Shown here: piece by piece, positions 25,307 through 36,461 of the stretch
Layout: every line of letters begins with the position of its first letter
Numbering within the stretch: position 1 is the first letter of the stretch
Source of the DNA: Chiloscyllium plagiosum
Lineage: Eukaryota
Direction of reading: 5' to 3'
DNA: 44,961 nucleotides
NCBI RefSeq assembly: GCF_004010195.1
Contig: NC_057719.1
Coordinates: 90,440,515-90,485,475, forward strand
The notes under the pieces: model-generated
Told to the model about the DNA's origin: nothing
Seen by the model: the letters and a program-made list of their open reading frames with translations, nothing else
Databases searched by the model: none
Made by a program: the position numbers and the translations under genes

Positions 25307-26058
25307 TTGAAACTTTATTGCTGGAACAGCACAGCAGGTCAGGCAGCATCCAGGGAACAGGAGACTCGACGTTTCGGGCACAGGCCCTTCTTCAGGAATG
25401 AGCAGAGAGTGTTCAGCAGGAGAAGATAAAAGGTAGGGAGGAGGGACTTGGAGGAGGGGCGTTGGAAATGTGATAGGTGGAAAGAGGTCAAGGTGAGGGT
25501 GATAGGTCGGAGTAGGATGGAGGCGGAGAGGTCAAGAAGAAGACTGCAGGTCAGGAAGGCGGAGCCGGGCTGGAGGGATTCGGCTGAGACAAGGGGAGGG
25601 GGGATGAAGAAACTGGTGAAGTCCAAGTTCATCCCCTGCGGTTGGAGGGATCCCAGTCGGAAGATAGCGGATGCAGTAGATGATGTGGGTGGAGGTGCAG
25701 GTGAATCTGTGGCGGATATGGAAGTTTCCTTTGGGGCCTTGGAGAGAAGTGAGGGGGGAGGTGTGGGCGCAAGTGTTGCACCTCCTGCGGTTGCAAGGGA
25801 TGGTGCCGGGAGTGGAGGTTGGGTCGGTGGGGGGTGTGGATCTCTTCGAGGAGAAAGTGAGGTCTGCAGATGCTGGAGATCAAAGTTGAAACTTTATTGC
25901 TGGAGGGGGGAGGTGTGGGCGCAAGTGTTGTACAGCGCATCATCCGCCGTCACTTCCGCCACCTCCAAACAGACCCCAGCACCAAGGATATATTTCCCTC
26001 CCCTCCCCTATCAGCTTTCCGTAGAGACCACTCCCTCCGCGACTCCCTTGTCAGATCT
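25307..26058 (-). mobile_element. Neptune-type Penelope-like element, internally deleted, with an inverted 5' segment
   Basis: Minus: PCNRRRCNTCAHTS..FTCTSTHIIYCIR jumping to IFRLGSLQPQGMN. Plus strand 25932-26058: QRIIRRHFRHLQTDP..FPSPPLSAFRRDHSLRDSLVRS. Confidence 0.88.
25364..25399 (-). ncRNA. Minimal type-I hammerhead ribozyme core, intact
   Basis: AUUC CUGAAGA A GGGC cugu GCCC GAAA CGUC GAGU; helix I AUUC/GAGU (4 bp including a G-U pair). Confidence 0.8.
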
Positions 26059-26256
26059 GACACCTGTCCTGGCTCATGCTTAGCACCAAATCCAAAATGG
26101 CCTCTCCCCTCGTCAGCCTGTCTACATACTGAGTGAGGAAACCCTCCTGAACATACCTGACAAAAACGGTTCCATCCAAACCCCCCACCTGCACTAAGGT
26201 GTTAATATTGGGAAAGTTGAAATCACCCATAGCAACAACCCTGCTATTACTACAAT

Positions 26257-26483
26257 TAGATTAGATTACTTAGTATGGAAACAGGCCCTTTGGCCCAACA
26301 AGTCCACACCGACCTGCCGAAGCGCAACCCACCCATACCCCTACATTTACCCCTTACCTAACACTACGGGCAATTTAGCATGGCCAATTCACCTGACCTG
26401 CACACCGGAGCACCCGGAGGAAACCCACGCAGACACGGGGAGAACGTGCAAACTCCACACAGTCAGTCGCCTGAGGCGGGAAT
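26257..26483 (-). mobile_element. HE1-like SINE, 5'-truncated, inserted in the CR1 endonuclease
   Basis: Near-identical to 38099-38366 apart from an internal deletion; short duplication tgctat on both sides. Confidence 0.9.
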
Positions 26484-26989
26484 GCTATATCTGCATTTTT
26501 CCAAAATCTGCCAACCTATGAGCTCTTCGATCTTCCTACTGCTATTAGGGGGTCTGTAGAAAACCCCCAATGAGGTGGCCGCTCCCTTGTTGTTCCTAAC
26601 TTCCACCCATACTGACTCAGTAGACAAACCTTCCTCAACAACCTTTGTTTCTGTAGCTGTGATGCGCTCTCTAATTAGCAATGCTACACCCCCTCCTCTT
26701 TTTGCACCCTCCCTGTTCTTTTTAAACGTTCTAAACCCTGGAACATCAAGCAACCATTCCTGCCCCTGTGAAACCCACATCTCCGTTATGGCCACAACAT
26801 CATAGCCCCTAGTACTGATCCATGCTCTAAGATTGTCATTCTTATTTCTGACACAGTTTAACCGATCCCTTTCTTTCATTACGTGAAAAACCTTCCCTAA
26901 AGATTCACTACATCCTGTCACTTTCCCATCTACAACTGCCCCCCTTTCTCAGATATGTGGCTCTGATTCCCACTCCCTTGCCAAACTAG

Positions 26990-27895
26990 TTTAAACCCTC
27001 CCGAACCACATGAACAAATCTCCCGCCCAGGACATTTGTGCCCCTCCAATTCAGGTGCAACCTGTCCTTCATGTACAGGACCCACCTTCCCCAGAAGGTA
27101 TCCCAATGGTCTAAGGTATCTCCTGCACCAGCCTCGCAGCTATATGTTAAGCTGCACTCGCTGACTGTTCCTCACCTCACTGTCTCGTGGCACCGGTAGC
27201 AAACCTGAGATCACTACTTTACTTGTCCTGCTCTTCAGCTTCCAACCTAACTCTCTGTAGTCACTTTTCAGATCATCAGTCCCTTTCCTGGCTATATCAT
27301 TGGTGCCAATATGTACCACTATTTCTGGCTGCTCACCCTCTCCCTTCAGAATTTTGTAAACCCGATCGGTGACATCCCGGACCCTGGCACCAGGGAGGCA
27401 ACATACCTTCCAGGAGTCCCTTTCCTGACCACAAAATCACCTATCAATCCGTCTTACGATCGAGTCCCCTACCACTAGGGCTTTTCTATTTTCCCCCCTT
27501 TCCTTCTGAGCCTCAGTGCCAGAGACCTGACAACTATGGCTTCCCCCTGGTAGGGCGTCCCCACCAGCAGTATCCAAAATGGTATACTCAATGCTGAGGG
27601 TAACGGCCACAAGGGATCCCTGCTCTGACCATCGGTTCCCTTTCCTCCCCCTGACTGTAACCCAGCTGACCTTATCCTGTGTCTGAGGAGTGACCACCTC
27701 CCTGTACATCCTCTCAATTTCTCCCTCAGCCTCCCGGATCATCCACAGTTCATCCAGCTCCAGTTCCCTAACTCGGGGGGGTTTTCGAGGAGGTGGAGTT
27801 GGGTGCACTTCCCGCTGATGTGGTTGGCAGAGATGTGTAGTGTCTTTCACCTGCCACATTCTGCAGGAGAAACATGCAACTGCCCAATCAGCCGT
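26990..27895 (-). pseudogene. CR1 ORF1 (Cys motif plus SGNH/GDSL-type esterase), frameshifted
   Basis: AVACFSCRMW, LVVGDSIVR (block I), LPGARVRDV (block II), VHIGTNDI (block III), DRLHLNWRG (block V). Confidence 0.85.
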
Positions 27896-28344
27896 GCTCT
27901 GCCCCTTCTGGGGCAGAGCATTCCATATACCCACCAATCTCTGGGTGAAGAAGTTTCTCCTCAACTCTGTTCTAGATCTCACCCAACTAAAAACTTCTCT
28001 GTAGCCCTCACTTCTCTCCGCCCTCTCTCCTTGCCACTCTGTTCAAAATGGAGGCCTGACTCTCGAGGTAAGTTCCCATTTAAGTCGGAAAAACTGACTT
28101 ACCCACCAGCCCACGTTTCTCTCCACCTTCTCTCCTCACCGCTCTGTTCAAAATAGAGAGAATGCGCAGGAGAGAAATAGTGAAGGAAGGGTGAGAGTGT
28201 GTGTATGTGAGGGGTGGGGAGGAAGTAAGAAATGGGGAGGAAAAGATGGAAGAATTATGCGCGGGTGTAAGTAATTCAGCCCTTGAGAGTAAGGGTGGGT
28301 AGTTCAGCCCTTCAAGCTTGCTCCGCTATTTAACATGATCATGC

Positions 28345-28620
28345 CCTTCACATTCAATGGTATCTCAATTGCTTAATCTCCCACCATCAACATCCAGGCA
28401 GCTTACCGTTGACCAGAATCTGAACTGGACTAGATGTATAAATATTGTGTCAAGTCAGAGGCTAGGAATTCTGCAGGGAATAATTTGCCACCTTACTCTC
28501 CAAAGCCTTTCCACCATCCACAGGCACAAGTCTGGAGTGTGCTGAAATACTCTCCAACTTTTTTGGATGAGTGCAGTCCAAGAGTACTCAAGAGGTTCGA
28601 TACTATCCAGGACAAAACCT
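28345..28620 (+). mobile_element. LINE family B fragment
   Basis: Encodes LTVDQNLNWT, QRLGIL, AQVWSVLKYSP, LKRFDTIQDK. Confidence 0.75.
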
Positions 28621-28689
28621 GGTTTCACCTCCACTTTTCTGGTCCATACAGCCCTTTATCCTACTTTTCATCAGAAACGTATCTATTTC

Positions 28690-29885
28690 TTTAGAGTCAT
28701 GTAGCATGGAAACAGTCCCTTCTGTCCAACTCGCCATCCAGTCATTTCAATCTGACCTCGTTCCATTTGCCAGTATTTGGCTCATATCCCTCTTAACCCA
28801 TCCAGATGCCTTTTAAATGTTATAATTGTGCCTGCCTCCACCATTTCCCCTGGTAATTCGTTCCGGATACATACCACCATCTGCGTGAAACAGTTACCCC
28901 TCAGGTCCTTTTAAATCTTTCCCATCTTAGCTTAAAACTGCACCCTCTAGTTTTAGACTCCTTACCCCAGGAAAAAGACCTTGAATTTTGAATCTGTTAA
29001 TTGATTCTGCCTCTGGGGCAGTGAGTTCCATAGATTCCCAACCCTCTGAGAGGAGTTTCTCCTCATCTCAGTTTTGAATGTACCTCCTCTCATTCTGTAT
29101 CGATGACCTTTTGTTTGAGAATGTCCCGTAAGGGGGAATATCTATTCAACGTCCACCTTATCAATCCCCATTAGTATTTTATATACCTCAATCAGATCCC
29201 CACCCCTCATTCTTCTGAACTCCAGCAAGTACTAGCCCAACCTATTCAATCGCTCCTCATATGACAGTCCTTTCATCCCTGGAACCAACTTGGTGAATCT
29301 CCCCTGAACTGCCTCCATTGCCACTGCAGCCTTCCTCAGGTATGGAAACCAAAACTGGACACAGTACTTCAGGTATGGTCTCACAAACGCCAGGTACAAT
29401 TGTAACAACACTCCTTTACTTTAATAACCCAGTCCTTTGCAATAACTGCCAAGATTGCGTTTGCGTTTCTGAGTATATGCTGCACCTGTCTTCCCACTTT
29501 CTGCAATTCATGCACAAGTACACTCAGATCCCCATGCACTGATGCACTTTGAATCTTCTTCCAATTTAAATAATAATTTGGCCTTTTATTTGTCCAGCCA
29601 CAATGGATGACCTTGCACTTATCCACATTAAACTCCATCTGCCAGTTTCTGGCCCATTCTCCTCACCTATCAATATCTATCTAAATTCTTTATCTACTCA
29701 CCCTCTTTCCTACTTATTTTACTATCAGGTGTGAAATGTGCAATTTTTGGCTCTGTCCCTGGTGCGGATCATTTATGTAGACTGTTAAAAGTTGAAGTCT
29801 GAGGAGTGAACCTTGCGGCACACATTAATTACAGTTCACCATCCAGAGAAAGACCCATTAATCCCAATGCTCCGCTTTCTGTCAG
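28690..29885 (-). mobile_element. Two adjacent CR1 3' fragments (about 28690-28985 and 28990-29885)
   Basis: CR1 tail at 28695-28800; MEFNVDKCKVIH at about 29600-29638. Confidence 0.8.
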
Positions 29886-29963
29886 TCAGCCAATCGTCTA
29901 TCAAATGGACCTTATAGAAAGAGTTCCCTGATTGAGACCGTTAATCTGGTCCAATCAGGGAGG

Positions 29964-30198
29964 CAAAACTGAAGACTGCAGATGCTGGAAATCAGAGTCT
30001 AGATTAGAATGGTGCTGGAAAAGCACAGCAGGACAGGCAGCATCCCAGGAGCAGGAAAATTGATATTTCAGACAAAAGCCCTTTATCAGTATATTTTTAT
30101 GGCAGAGGATATAGGGCTTTTGCCCGAAACGTCGATTTTCCTGCTCCTCAAATGCTGCCTGACCTGCTGTGCTTTTCCAACATCACTCTAATCTAGTC
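29964..30198. mobile_element. Second fold-back Penelope-terminus element, inserted in the Gypsy LTR region
   Basis: Arms ctagattagaatggtgctggaaaagcacagcagg..aaaagccc and gggcttttgcccgaaacgtcg..ctctaatctag around an AT-rich spacer. Confidence 0.85.
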
Positions 30199-30670
30199 TT
30201 ATCTAGCTGACAGATATAAACATGTGTCCCTCTGGACGGAGAGGCCTGGGTTGAAGTCAGACTGGCTTCAGAGGTGTGCAATAACATCTCTGAATAGAGA
30301 TGTTTAGAAAAATAGGTTAAATGAGAAAAGAATGGGAGTGTCAGACAATCTGTTCCTGCTAAGGGAGCTGGATCAGTGTCAAGGAATCTCCATGTGAAAA
30401 TAAAGGGTGACCTTGTGTTGGGATATCGGCCTCTGTGGAGTTATTCCAGTGGCAAAGACAGAAAAGCGTGCTTCTGAAGAAATTCACTTGCAACAGTTAT
30501 CTTTGAGTTGGAGTAAACATTTCTGGCATTAGGCTGTTATTTGGGAAACTTGATTTATTGGATCATATCATTGAAAACTGGGCCCAGTATTCGGAAAGAA
30601 TGTGTTGATGAAAAGCAACGAATAATTCTGACAGGCTCCTAGTAAACAAAAAACCTAACATTTCCCAGCG

Positions 30671-31058
30671 AGTTTTGAGAAGATTTGTAGCTCAGGTTGA
30701 GGTTCTGGATGTAGGTTTGCTCGCTGAGCTGGGAAGTTCATTTCCAGATGTTTCGTCACCATTCTAGGTAACATCTTCAGTGGGCCTCAGGCAAAGCAGT
30801 GTACATGATTCCTGCTTTCTATTTATATGTTTGGGTTTCTTTGGGTTGGTGATGTCATTTCTTGTTCTTTTTCTCAGGCAGTGGTAGATGAGGTCTAACT
30901 TGACGTGTTTGTTGATAGAGTTCCAGTTGGAATGCCATGCTTCTAGGAATTCTCGTGCGTGTCTCTGTTTGGCATGTCCTAGGATGGATGTGTTGCCCCA
31001 GTCTAAGTGGTGTCCTTCCTTAACTGTATGTAAGGATACTAGCGAGAGGGGGGTCATG
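30671..31058 (-). mobile_element. Poseidon-type Penelope 3' fragment inserted in Gypsy gag
   Basis: Encodes HLDWGNTSILGHAKQRHAREFLEAWHS..INKH..PTEDVT*. Confidence 0.9.
30744..30783 (-). ncRNA. Minimal type-I hammerhead ribozyme core (Poseidon type)
   Basis: CCA CUGAAGA U GUUACC uagaau GGUGAC GAAA CAUC UGG; helix I CCA/UGG, 6-bp helix II. Confidence 0.72.
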
Positions 31059-31515
31059 TCGTTTCCCTTATATTCCCTGCAGGAACAGATACTTCAACCT
31101 TTCAAAAGTTGATGGATTTAGTTCAGGAATATTGTAACCCCAAGCTGCCTGTAAGTCTGAGATGCTGATTTTACTCAGCAATTCGAGAACTAGGGAATCC
31201 ATTTTGAGATTCTTGACTAGGTTAAGACAACTGGCAAAGGAATATGACTTTGGTTTAACCTTTAATGAGTTGCTAAGAGACTGGATGTGAGATTAATGAT
31301 GTCACAGAGCAGAACAGCCAACCAGGTGAAGCTCAACTGGACATCAAACAGGTATGGTAGTTGGCTTTATCATTGGAAAATGGCTACCTGAGTGAAGTCC
31401 TAATTAAATACCCGGAGTTTTTCAGGAAGATCTTGAGACTATTAAAGGAGTCAAGGCCACCTTGCATTTGACCAGGATGCAATTCTATGATTCTGCCAGG
31501 CCTGCTCAGTGCTAT

Positions 31516-31831
31516 TGGCATGGTGGCTCAGTGGTTAGCACTGCTGCCTCGCAGTGCCAGGACCCAGGTTCAATTCCAGCCTTGGGCAACCCTCTGTGTG
31601 GAGTTTGCACATTTTCCCCGTGTCTGTGTGGGTTTCCTCTGGGTGCTCCGGTTTCCTCCACAATCCAAAGATGTGCAGGTCAGGTGAATTGGCCATGCTA
31701 AATTGCCCATAGTGATAGGGCAATTAGTAGGGAGTAGGGGAATGGGTCTGGGTGGGTTACTCTTTGGCGGATCAGTGTGAACGTGGGCTGAAGGGCCTGT
31801 TTCCACACCGTAGGGAATCTAGTCTAATCTA
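31516..31831 (+). mobile_element. HE1-like SINE, full length, inside the Gypsy element
   Basis: A box tggctcagtgg, B box ggttcaattcc, core, tail. Confidence 0.92.
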
Positions 31832-34044
31832 CTTGCAAAAGTAGGAGCAGAAATCAGAAGGCTGAAAAGCAAAGGAATCACCAAAGCAGTCAAGTTTGCA
31901 GAATGGGCAGCAATGGTCGTACTGTTTGTGAAGACCAGCAAGTTGGCTCTCCTCTGTGGGGATTTTAAACAAATGGTAAACTGCTTTTCACAGTTGGATA
32001 AATACCCAATCCCTCACACAGAGGATTTAAATGCAAAGCTGGCAGGGGGCTGTCATTCACAAAGCTGGATATGAGCCAAGTATACTTGCAATTGCGATGA
32101 AGTGAGGATTCCCATAAGTATGATGCAATGAATACCTACAAGAATTTGTATCGATATCTGAGACTGCCATTTGGGGTTTCGTCAGCATGTGCAATTTTTC
32201 AGTGGATGAATTTACAAGGTTTACCGCCAGGCCACCATTTATCTAGATCACATGCTAATAACAGGGAACACCAATAAGAAGGACTTACAGAACTTGGACC
32301 TCGTCTCTAGACATTTCTCCAAGGCAGGAATACACTTTAGAAGGGGAAAATGTGTGTGCCAGACACCCCAAGTCACCTACTTGGGCTACAGAGTTGGAAG
32401 ATAAAGTGAGGGTGACCAAAGGTGCCCCAACGCCCACATCTGTATCTGAGTTGAGGTCTTTGGACTGGTGAGTTATTATGGAAAGTTCATACATCACCTG
32501 GCCTCCATCCTGGCACCAATGCATCAACTCTCAAAAGAATCGGCTGTGGAAATGCTCATATAGCCAAACTATAGCTTTCAGGGAAGCGAAGAAAAAGCTG
32601 TCGTCCTCTAAGGTGTTTGCACACCATGATCTCAAGCGAGATCTGGTATTAACATGTGATGCCTCTCCTTACGGTCTTGGGATAGGATCAGCTTATAGGA
32701 GACCGAATGGAGAGGAACATCTAATAGTGTATGCTAATGCAGAGTGTAAATATGCCCTGATAGAGGAGGATGGTTTGGCGGTCATATTTGCAGTCAGGAT
32801 GTTCCATCAATACCTTTACAGAAGTAAGTTTGTAATAATAATGGACGACAAACCCCTGCTAGGTCTATTTAAAAAGGTCAAGGCAATGCTCCCATAGCTT
32901 CAGACTGAATTCAGCAGTAGGTTCTAATTCTCAGTACGTGTTATTACAAGTTGGAATACTGTCTGAGAAGCCAAGTGATTAATTGAGCTTCCTCCTTCCT
33001 GGGAGATATTCTGTGTTTGGAAGATTTTCAAGGTTTTCAATTTTCTGGACACACTTCCAGTCACAGCTGACAATATCAGATTTTGGATGCAGAAAGATCT
33101 GGTCCTGGCAAAACTGAGACATCTTGTAGTGATGAAGAAAACCAAACGCCAGATTTGAAACATTTTTGGATCCAGAGAAACCAGGGCAACATATTATTAT
33201 GGAGAGCAAGAGTGATTGTCTCGAGCAAAGATCACCACCAGATATTGGCTGAACTCCGCAAGGATCATCCAGGGGGGTTTCCGAAATGGAGATGTGGTGA
33301 GAAGTTATGTCTGTTGGCTAGAATTGGTTGCATACATAGCTGTATTGATAGAGCAGTGCCCAAAGTGCCAACAAAGACAAACATTACTGCAACTCTCCCA
33401 CATTTGTGTGAATGTCCGAGTAAACTATAGACTCCGCTACATGTCGACTAAGCAAGTCCTTTTGTGGGTTCAATGTTCTTAGTCATTGTGGACACCTACT
33501 CAAAGTGGCTGAGGTGTAGAGTTCATTCATCAAACACAGGGTTGATGATAGAAAAATTGAGAGCAACTTTTGAAATATGTGGAATCCCAGAAGTGTTGGT
33601 CACAGAAAACAGACCATTGTTTACCAGCAGGGAATTTGAGTTTTTCCCAAAGTTGAATGGTATTCAACATATAAAGACAGCTCCATACATTCATCATCCA
33701 ATGGTCTGATGGAAAGAGCAGTGCAAACTTTGAATACAGGCTTGAAGAAACAGCCTACAGCTTCACTCCACACCAAACTCACCAGGTTCTTATTTAATTA
33801 TAGGACCGTCCCTCATGCAACTACAAGTATGGCCTCAGCAGAGTTTCTAATGGACAAGATTCCTCATCAAGTTAAATCTGATCTTCCCGGACCTGGGGGT
33901 TGAGGTGTGAAATGGCATCAGAAATACCAAAACTGGACACAAGACTCCGCTAAGCAAGAGACATTTACTTCAGGGGACAAAATTTGGTGTAGGAACCATG
34001 TGAGTGGTCAATGTGTGGTCAAGTCAAGTGAATTATATGAAAGC

Positions 34045-34645
34045 TGCAACCTTTCTTCATAAGTTAGTCCAGGCAGTATTCTGGTAAATCTCTTGGCCAC
34101 CCTCTCTAAAGCTTCCACATCCTTTCCATAATGAGGCGACCAGAACTGAACACAGTATTCCAAGTGTGGTCCAATTGGGGTTCTATAGAGCTGCAGCATA
34201 ACCTCGTGGCTCCTAAACTATAGGAAGAGGCTGAATAAGTGGTGGCTATTTTCCCTGGAGTGTTGGAAGCTGAGGGGCAACCTTACAGAGATTTATAAAA
34301 TCATGAAAAGCATGGATGGGATAAATAGACAAGGTATTTTCCCTGTGGTGGGGGAGTCCAGAATGAGAGGGCATTGGCTTAGGGTGAGAGGGAAAAGATT
34401 TAAAAGGCACCTAAGGGGTAATCTTTTCATGCAGACAGTGGCGCTAATATGGAATGAGTTACCAGAAGAAGTGGTACAACTGCAACATTTAAAAGGCATC
34501 TGGATGGGTATATGAATAGGAAGGGTTTAGAGGGATATGGGACAAGTGCTGGCAAACGGGATTAGATTAGATTAGGATATCTGGTCGGCATAGCCAAATT
34601 TGACTGAAGAGTCTGTATCCATGCTGTACTGTTCTATGACTTTAC
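34045..34645. mobile_element. CR1 fragments: minus 34045-34218 abutting a plus-strand 3' end 34219-34645
   Basis: PHLEYCVQFWSPHY on minus; RGHWLRV..IWNELP and the tail on plus. Confidence 0.88.
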
Positions 34646-34779
34646 ATTAAGTTTATTTTGACTACGATCAGATCCACTCTCTTAACTGTGACAATTGACA
34701 TTTTTACACATTGCAATCCCTTAAAACTTAGAACCAAAACTAGATGTCCTTAACAGGAGAATGACACTATTAATATCAT

Positions 34780-35447
34780 CGAGGAGGTGATGGTTTGTTG
34801 GTATTATCACTGGACAATTAATCCAGAGACACAGTTAAAATTTCAGGGACCTGGATTTAAATCTTGCCATGGGAGATGGTGGAATTTGAATTCAACAATA
34901 ATCTGGAATTCAGAATCTACCGATGAGCATAAAACTATTGTCAATTGTTAGGAAAATCCATCTGGTTCATGAATGTCCTTCAAGGAAGGAAACTGCCATT
35001 CTCACCTGCTCTTACCTACACATGACTCCAGACCCACAACCCTCTGAGGTGACCCAGTTAGCCACTCAATTCTATCAACAGTTAGAAAGAAAATGCGTCA
35101 GAAATGACAATGACAAATCCACCCCTGCTGACCCTGTATAGTCTGTCTTACTAAGATCTGGGGGCTGTATCATGACTAGTGATGCAACAACTTGACATTG
35201 ACATACTTATTGAACCATACTTTACAGATAATGACCTAGACACTATCATCACTATCCCTGGATATTTCCTGTCCCACTGGCAGGACAGACCCAGCACAGG
35301 TGGTGGCACAGCGTTATACAGTCAGGAGAGAATTGCTCTTATAGTCTTTAACATTGACTCTATTGACCCCATGAAGTTTCATGGCTTCAGGTTCAATGTG
35401 GGCAAGGAAGCGTCCTTCTGATTATCACGTACTGTCCTCCCTCAGCT
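34780..35447 (+). mobile_element. LINE family B 5' region: SINE-like head followed by an APE endonuclease relic
   Basis: Encodes IPGYFLSHWQDRPSTGGGTALY and IITYCPPS directly after a head shared with 400-680 and 17188-17400. Confidence 0.7.
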
Positions 35448-36461
35448 ATGGTACAAACCTCTAAGATTGTCTGAACGAGTCACCAACTTATTAGTTTGTT
35501 TTATTTAAATCCCTCCTTGATATCACCTCAGTCCCTCACAAAATGCAACATGTTGCCACAATGTTTTAGAAAATTACCTCACAGATTTGGTTGATAACAA
35601 TCCTCCAAGCGTTTGGTCCTTCTGTTGAGAACTGTTGGTCAGTTTGTAAACCAGGTCGATGTCCATGACCCCTCCTCAATGACTAAAGATCCCTCTAGAT
35701 AAGTTTACGACAATTTGGCTGGTATACTTATGATCTCAGACACGGCCTGCTGGTCAGGATATCTGAGAGCTCATTTTCCTGAGTGTATTTTTTCCAGTAA
35801 GCCAGCACTGAATAGTGAAACAAAGCAGTGTTTTCCATTGAGATCCCAGACCAGACCAGACTGGATGCTGAGATCCCAGTGGTTCAGAATATCTCTCCTG
35901 CTGTTTGGAGATAGCCGACAGAATCTGGCCCCCAGACAGAAAATGGTTTGAATGCTCTATTTCCCTCCTCAGTGGGAACTCATCCAAGTGACAAAGGCTG
36001 AGTCCCAATCCCAATTGTCTGAGGTGAGCAATCTCTGGATTGCATAAGATCCTAGGTCATGGCAGTTTTTGCCCTATTGCCCCATGACAGCAGGCAGACA
36101 ATGTTAAATGCCTCATGCTGAGTCTGAATTTAACCCCTGGGTGTTTGTGCTGGGGTTTGGTTTTATTGGAAGTACTGTGGTGTTTAAGGTTCATTTACTC
36201 ATATTTCATAAGGTCCACTTGGAGGCATCTCCCCTGTTTATTGCGTCAAACATTAGATATATTATCTCTGAAGAGATCTTTTACTGTCCTGCAGGAACTG
36301 CAAGTCTGAGCCAAATCACTGTCAAAGCATTGAGTTCATTACCCATCCCTTCTATACCATTCTTTTATGCCTTGCCTCTGGCTTTTTTTCTGTTGTACAA
36401 AACATTTAGGCGAAAGGTACAAAGAACAAAAGCTGCTTTCCCTTTCAGTTTGCATGATGTG

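Larger units (their letters stand above)
24447..28155 (-). mobile_element. CR1 LINE retaining its 5' end (5' UTR, ORF1, APE endonuclease, linker, RT start); runs into the gap
   Basis: ORF2 motifs YDVVAITEMW, RGGGVALLIRE, GVFYRPPNS, MGDFNFPNIN, KEPWMT, ENPKAFYSY, KSPGPNQIYPRLL, PGIYRPVSLTS. Same subfamily as 39295-41932. Confidence 0.93.
29890..34030 (+). mobile_element. Decayed Gypsy/Ty3 (Mag-like) LTR retrotransposon: 5' LTR remnant, gag, RT, RNase H, integrase
   Basis: gag FGKLDL..ENWAQYSERM (about 30540) and FLTRLRQLA. RT LCGDFKQ, DKYPIP, RLPFGVSSA, IYLDH. RNase H LTCDASPYGLG, DDKPLLGLF. Integrase HPG..CPKCQ, IVDTYSKW, PEVLVTEN, ERAVQTL, YRTVPHATT. Many stops and frameshifts. Confidence 0.92.

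Noticed and set aside
25448..26083. 211-aa Gly-rich ORF
   Set aside because: Antisense or off-frame reading of the rearranged Penelope element.
32478..33903. Domesticated Gypsy gene
   Set aside because: Numerous stops, frameshifts and altered catalytic motifs (YLDH, VTEN) indicate neutral decay.
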